Assembly: GCF_009914755.1 (NCBI RefSeq)
Contig: NC_060931.1
Direction: 5' to 3' (one strand)
DNA length: 64,000 bases
Source: the human T2T-CHM13v2.0 reference genome, Homo sapiens
The translations under genes were made by a program, and so were the position numbers. Shown one piece after another: positions 57,075 to 64,000 of the stretch. Within the stretch, counting starts at the first letter, position 1. The number at the start of each line of letters is the position of its first letter. Under the pieces are notes generated by a model. That model was not told the DNA's origin, did no database searches, and saw only the letters and a program-made list of their open reading frames with translations.

Positions 57075-59125
57075 TAATTCTTCATGAAAAGGCAGGTTTC
57101 TTCCTTTGACAAAGGTTGATATTTAGTTAGAGCCATTAGCTGAGTGGTAGTTTGCCTGGTTACAAGAGTCTCTATGGCCGATTGGATGTTTTTAACAAGG
57201 AGGGGTAAGAGACAAGGGAGTATTAAGCAACCTCCTAGTATGGCCAGGACTATTCCTATTAAGGTTTTAAATCCTCTGAGGGATGAAAACCAGCCCCCGA
57301 AGAGGGTATCTGGAGACCATCCTTTCTAAGTCTGGGCTGGAACATGGGCTAATTTTTGGATTTTTGCAGTTATATCTTCAATGACCTTTCCATTGTCATC
57401 AATTTCTAGGCAGCAATTAGTTACATTGAACTTTCTGCATACCCCACCTTCCTGGGCTATGAGACTAGTCTAAAGCCAGTCTATTTTGAGAAATAGCATT
57501 TCTCGTTTTTGTGGCTTGTTAGGCCAGTAGATTTAAGGCCCTTGCAGCGACATTAGTCATGATTTCAAGCACTGCCTATAACGTTATGATGCAGTTGAGC
57601 ATGTAAATAGGGGTACAGTATCCATACATTCCATCTTCCGCCCAGGTGGCTGACCCATAATATTGGATTATTCTCTCAGGGGGCCATTCATCATCTTTCT
57701 AATTCCTATGGTTATGCCCCTTTTATTTCTCCTTTTTGTTTCATCATAAACAGGGTATCCTAAGGCTTCTCCTTGCCTTAGAGGGATTAGGCAGAAGGAT
57801 GGTCTGATTGTCCCTAGTACACAGGCCTCTGGCAGCTGCCCATATGCCCATGACCCACAGATCCAGTAGAGGCCAGAGGGTGCCTGCCAGGCATTTGGAG
57901 TTTCAAGCTGGTACCAAGAGTGATGTAAAGAGGGGAAACAGGAGAATGGACTAGGGTGGGGTGATTTGGAATTATTTATCCTGCCCCACCATAAAGTCTT
58001 TCCTGTTGTTTCATTGTAATATTGCTGTCCTAGGCAAGTTAATTCTATCCTACCCAGTTGGTAAAGGCCTTTCCCCAGCGAACAATGCAGAATCTCCCGA
58101 TAATAGAGATTTTTTAAGGGCCAGACGCTCAAGCTTGTGAATGTTGGTTCAGGGGAGAGGACAGTCAGAGTAAAGTTACCTTGGGGCATTAGCTCCTTTG
58201 CTTCCTACTGCCATTGATCCCCTATGATGGTTCCTCCACATGCATAGCATGAGGAGACATGTAGGCTACTGACTATGTTTTCAGCCAGTTGGGCAAACAG
58301 GTTGCTGGCCAAGGGAGAGGATTCAGGCAACTCCTGGTGGATGTGCTCATAGAATGACTCAAAAACTCGGAACTGTTGGGTTGAATCGGTCCAGGTTTTC
58401 TTTATAATATACAGACTGACTTCTGAGTTTACTTTTTGACCTTTGACTTTGAACCCCAGTGTCCTGGGATAGCCTGTAGTCCATATGGGCAGACCTGGCT
58501 CTAAGATGGTGAGATGTGCAGGATAGCAAATGCTAGGTTTATGAGTTGGTTTTTCCAGTAGTTTCATATGTATGACTTGCCTTGGTGGTTGTTGATAAGT
58601 GGACCAAGTCATGCAGCTCCAGCGGGCTATTAACGGGGACCTAGAGGAACAAACGGGGCACACATTTTTGCTTGGAACAAGTACCATAGTGCCCTGTGGG
58701 GCCAATGATAATGGACCACTACAGGATTGCTACCTCCTGGCAAACATTGAAGTATAAGGATATGACCTCCCCATAAGGGGAAGAGGCTTTGATTTGGTTT
58801 GGAAGATCCCCTTCCTTAGTATGAACTTCAAACCAAGTCTCAATAGGTGGGGACTTAGGGTCCTAACATATGTAGGGCTGGCTATTTCCTGGGTCACAGA
58901 TTGAATAGGTTACCTGGTTATGAGCACAAGTTCCTAAGTGGCTCCCTGCGCACTCATAATAAATATAGTACAGCAGAGTCCTAGTTATGGTGCTCCCCGA
59001 CCGCGTAGTATGTATGCAGTGGGGGCACTCTTCTATGAGTCCATTTTCTGACACTGGTATGAGGAGTGCCATGATGGGGATGAGTAGCAACAAAGTAAAG
59101 AGTAGCATGTTTATACCCAGCAGGG
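57075..59125 (-). pseudogene. ERV3-like env (disrupted)
   Basis: CPHC in [23 protein letters not shown], furin site RRNKR|[26 protein letters not shown], hydrophobic anchor; several stops and frameshifts. Confidence 0.93.
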
Positions 59126-59319
59126 ACAAAAGAGGTCTTTGCCCCCAGGAGGAGGTTGGATAAAGAGACAGGATAATAGTAAAACAATTAGTATTATAAG
59201 GAAAGCTATTGGACCTAAGAATTCTAACCACATTTACTTCCCTGATGGTGCTCACGCTTCAGCCGTGCATAGACTAGTCAGCTTCTGGGGTGACTAGAGC
59301 CGGGCTGTTGTCTCCTCAA

Positions 59320-62300
59320 GCTTCAGCCGTGCATAGACTGGTCAGCTTCCAGGGTGACCAGAGCAAGGCTGTTGACTTCACTGGCAACCTGGTCCCACCG
59401 TAGGATCAGCTGGGTCAGATGGTCTGGGTCCTGTTGGCTGGTCCACTTGTCTTGGGCTGCTGGTTTCAGCTGACTGTGGTGGATCCAAGGCACAGTTCCT
59501 GCAACTTTAACAGCAGTGGGAGTGGACAAGATTACAGTATGGGGCCCATCCTATATGGGTCCTAAAGTGGTTGGGTTCCATTTCTTAACCTAAACAGAGT
59601 CCCCAGGTCTAAAAGGGTGTGATGGGTCTGTTAGGCTTATGGGCATTCTTTCCTGTACCCAGCCATGGATTCTTTGCATGGCTTATCCCTAAAGCCTGCA
59701 TTTGCCTTCTTAAGGTTAATTCCCCTAGTTCATGGAGGTCACCTTTAATTTGACCTATGATTGGGGATGGCCAACCGAACAAGATCTCATAGGGCAAATA
59801 GCCAGTTTGTTTGGTGGGGGTGCACCTGACTCAGAGGAGGACCATGGGCAGGACTTGATCCCATCTCAGATGAGTTTTTTGCCAATATTTCTTCAGTAGC
59901 TGTATAAGTGTCCAATTCATGTGTTCCACTTTTCCTGAACTCTGTGGCTTATAGGCTATGTGTAACTTCCATTTTATTTTTAACAGCCTTGCTAGATCTT
60001 GAGCTATTTCGGCTACAAATGCTGGACCATTGTCTGACCCTGGAGTCAAGGGCAGTCCAAATCTGGTGATAATGTCTCTTAACAATACTTTAGTCACTTC
60101 TCATGCTTTCTCTGTTCTGGTGGAGAAAGTCTCGACCCATCCTGAAAAGGTGCAGACAAGCACTAACATGTACGGATAGCCTCTGGCTCGGGGCAGCTCA
60201 GTGAAGTCCATTAGTAGGTTTTTACAGGGTGTGGCTCCTATTTACTGTATTCCTGGGGCCGAGTGGGCCCTTGCCGTGGGTTGTTCTGGGCACAAATTAG
60301 ATATTGTTTGCAAACGGCTCGGGTGATGGCAGTGAGCCACAGCACATAGAAATGGTGTCCAAGTAGTCTTTCTAGTGCCGTTTTCCTTATTATATGAGTT
60401 CCTTGATGGAATTGTCTTACAAATTTGGGGGTCACTATTTCAGGGATGGCTAGCCTCTCATCAGAGAATTTCCACCATCGTTCTTCAATGTAATGTCCAG
60501 TCTGTTTGGCACACCAGGCCCTTTCATTTGGAGAGTAATTTGGGACCTCTGGGAGGAGAGGCAAAGCTAGGGCTTCCTTTTTACAATGCGGGGTAGTCAT
60601 TCCTGCCTGTTTTGCCTCCATGTCTGCTTTTCTGTTTCCTTTGGCCTCTAGTGTTCCTGCCTTTTGATGCCTTTGCAGTGCATAACAGCCACTTTCTTTG
60701 GGGCCTATACAGCATCTAAGAGCTGTAGGAGTTCTTCCTCGTACTTTATTTCTTTGCCCCCAGCAGTTAAGGGTCCTCTTTCCTTATATATAGCTCCATG
60801 AACATGCAATGTGGCAAAGGCATATTTGGAGTCAGTATAAACATTGACTTTTTTTGTCTTTTGCTAGCAAAAGGGCTCTTGTCAGGGCTATTAGGTCTGC
60901 TTTTTGGGCTGATGTTCTGTGGGCAGAAACTGAGCCTCTACCACTGAGTCCAATGTTACTACTGCATACCCAGCCTGCCGGACCCCTTCCAATACAAAAT
61001 TGCTTCCATCTGTAAAGTATTCAACATCTGGGTCCTTGAGGGGTTGGTGTGTAAGATCTTTCTGGCTTGAGGATACCTCGCCTACTCCATCTACACGGCA
61101 ATGAAGGGGGCCTCCTGGTTCCAAATCAGTTGGGAGCAAGGTAGCCAGGTTTAGGGTATTTATGTGAGGATTTTTGCATAGGAGCCCTTGGTATTGAGTC
61201 ATTCTTAGGTTTGATAATCAAGGATGCCATCTCTGATCCATTAAAGTTATAACCGAGTGCAGTACCTGGATGGTCAGTTGCTGCCCTAGAGTCAGTTGGT
61301 CAGCTTCCTGTGCTAATAGGGCTGTGGCAGCTAGTGCTTTGAGGCACAGAGGCCATCCTAGTGCCACAGAATCCAGTTGCTTGGATAATTATGCTACCGG
61401 GCCATGCCATGATCCTATGACCTGAATTAGGACCCCTATAGCAATTCCTTTTCACTCATGGACATATAGAAAGAAAGGCTTAGTTAGATCTGGCAATCCT
61501 ACGGCTGGGGCCTGAGTTAGGGCTTCTTTGATCTGCTTAAATGCCTTCTCCTGGTCAGCCTCCCACAGGAGGGGCTCCTTTTCTCCCCTCTTTTGTGGCT
61601 TCATATAATGGCTTGGCCATAAATGAGAAATTTGGGATCCAGATACAGCAGAACCCTGCTGCCCCTAGGAATTCTCTTATTTGTCGCTGGGTGTTTGGAG
61701 TGGGGAGTGCACAAACAGCCTTCTTTCGCTCACTGCCAAGCCATTGTTCCCCTTGACTTACTTCAAAGCCTAAATATTGGACTCTCCTGGAGCAGATTTG
61801 AGCCTTCTTCCTGGACACCTTATACAGGAGATGGAGGAGGTCTTGGGTTCCTTGAAAGCAGTCTTCTTGGGTTGGGGCTGCCAAAAAAAGGTCATCTATA
61901 TATTGCAGCAAGGTGCAGTTGTCATTTGGCGGGGTGTAGGCCTTGAGGTTTAAAGATTGTGGGAGATTTTTTGAATCCTTGTGGGAGTCTTGTCCAGGTG
62001 AACTGCGACTCGCCCCATTTGCGACTCTCAAAATGGGCTAATTGGTGCCAGGTGAAGACAGAAGAATGCATCTTTCAGGTCTAGGCAAGTAAACCAGGCA
62101 GCACTTGCTGGAATAAGTCCCATCAAAGTATATGGGTTTGGTACTATCGGGTGGATGTTTACTGTAGTGTGGTTCACAGCACACAAGTCCTGCACTGGCC
62201 TGTATTCTCCAGATGGCTTCTGTACTGGCAGGAGTGGGATGTTCCAGGGTGACTGGAATTTGACTACAAACATGATTCCATGTTAGTAGAGTCGCTCACT

Positions 62301-62925
62301 CTAAGTGTTTGTGAACACCTCATATGGCTTCCGGGAAAACCAGGTACTGGCAAACTAAACTGGGGTTGCCCCTGGTTTTAGCTCTACTACCACTGGCATC
62401 TAATCTTTAGCCAGCCCGGGTGGGTTATCTTCAGCCCATACTCCAGGAATTTTATTAAGTAGCCTCTATAATTCAAGTATTCCTGGTTTGTGAGACAGTT
62501 CTGGTGGCTTTTTTGTGTATAGCCTCCATTCCTCAGTTTGCAGGACGGTAAGGGTTAACACCATGGCCTTTGGGTCAGTCAGGTTTAGAGTCATATCCCC
62601 TTGTAGCCCAAAAGCAATCTGTGCTTGCAGTTTTCAGAGTAGGTCTCTCCCCAGCAGGGGAACTGGGCAATTTGGGAGGTACAGGAATTCATGTTGGACC
62701 TCTTGTCCTCCTATAACGAACCTCCTTGGCCAACAAAGTGGCCTCTTCTCTGAGACCCTGGTGACCCCTACAATAGTTGTATAGTTTTTGGATAGTGGTC
62801 CTATGGATCGGGTTACTACCAGCTATTCAGCCCCATTGTCCACCATAAAGTCCATTAGCTGGCCCCCCACTTCTAATGTGACCATGGGCTCCTGGGGGCC
62901 TAAGGAGAAGGAGCCTGGTCTGTCC
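59320..62925 (-). pseudogene. ERV pro-pol (protease, RT, RNase H, integrase; disrupted)
   Basis: [42 protein letters not shown]...C..C, SDNGPAF, PQSSGKVE. Confidence 0.93.
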
Positions 62926-63084
62926 TTGTCCTTATATTCTTCAGTCCCTGCCACCCCGATCAGGTCGGTATCTGGTTCCTTCAGGGTGCAGCAGCCTTTG
63001 ACTGGTGGCATTTTTGTTTCATAGCCTCCGCCATTTTCTTCACTGCCCTCTGGACACTGATTTTTTCCAGTGTCCCTTTTAGCA

Positions 63085-64000
63085 TCATGCACATTGGTGC
63101 TTATCTAACCTCAGCCGGCTTTTGAGCCTCTGTCTGGTTTGGCCCCATCTCCGTCTGTGCCCGTGTCCACATCCGCACCCTCTTGCAATGCTAGTTTCCC
63201 TTACCGTAAGGGTCACTGCTAACATATTGGCCTTTTTCCTAAGCCTCCGATCTGCTTCCTTTTTTGCCTCTTGGTCACGGTTAATATACATCTTGGTGGC
63301 CACTCCTATAAGTTGGGTGGCATTCATGCCTGCGAAATTTTTTAGCTTTTGCATCTTCCACCTGATGTCACCCTGGGCTTGTCCTGCAAATGCCGTGTTC
63401 ACTGTGCACTGATTTTCAGAGGCCTCAGGGTCAAACGGAGTGTAAAGCTGGAATGCCTCACAGAGTCTCTCATAAAACTGGCTAGGGCTCTCATCAGCTC
63501 CTTGAAGAACTTCTGAGATATTTCCTATATTGATTGCCTTTTTCCTGCCTTCCTTTAGCCCTTGCAAGAGTGCTTCTCGGTACCTCTGTAGGTACTGTAA
63601 TTGGACTGCATGATTTGAATCCCAGTGGGGGTCTGCTTCTGGAAACTGGCCCTGAGTGTATGCCTGAACGTTAAGTGTGCCTTCAGGTGCACTGGCTTCT
63701 AGCCAGCAGAGAGCTGCCTGGATTACCCTCCAGCACTCCTCAGTGTTAAACAGTGTCAAGAGGAGCTGCCTACAGTCTGGCCACGTAGGATTGTGTGTCT
63801 GGAAGATGGATTGCATTAAATCTATGAGGGCCTGGGTCTTCTCCATGTAGGAGGGGGTATGGTGTTTCCAGTTTAGGAGATCAGTGGTTGTAAAAGGCTG
63901 GTAGATGAAGTTCCGTTGCCCCCCTTGGACTTGACCCTGTTCATCATAATAGATGGGTCCCCGTGTCTCCCTAAGAGGCATTTGCATAGCCCAAGCATGA
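63085..64000 (-). pseudogene. ERV gag: uninterrupted capsid-containing frame of at least 300 codons, stopping in the NC zinc knuckle
   Basis: YQPFTTTDLLNWK capsid start, MHR VLQGADESPSQFYERL; TGA after QCA. Confidence 0.9.

Larger units (their letters stand above)
56487..64000 (-). mobile_element. Class I (gamma-like) ERV3/HERV-R-related provirus: 3' LTR 56487-57018, PPT, env, pol, pro, gag; continues beyond the window
   Basis: LTR TG..CA, polypurine tract AAAGGGGGGAA next to the LTR, retroviral motifs in gag-pro-pol-env order. Confidence 0.95.

Overview
Primate (most likely human) genomic DNA from inside the TRIM24 (TIF1-alpha) gene on the + strand. Eight coding exons, numbered 2-9 from my memory of the reference gene, have canonical AG/GT borders and consistent phases. 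They encode the end of the RING, B-box1, B-box2, the coiled coil and the Q/P-rich linker. The rest is intron, dense in repeats: many Alus, a full-length but dead L1PA antisense in intron 6, a complete MSTB (MaLR) LTR-int-LTR element, a near full-length Tigger1, Tigger3/4 and MER20 DNA transposons, solo LTRs, and an ERV3/HERV-R-like provirus in intron 9 that runs off the right edge. Most ORF-track entries are repeat artefacts. The best candidate for an undescribed system is the intron-6 L1. It keeps an open, extended ORF0 with two splice donors in frame with TRIM24 exon 7, plus the antisense poly(A) signal. This layout could split TRIM24 into a RING/B-box half and an ORF0-fused chromatin-reader half. 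That is inference from sequence only. Repeat subfamily names come from memory of consensus sequences, not from a search, and repeat borders are approximate.
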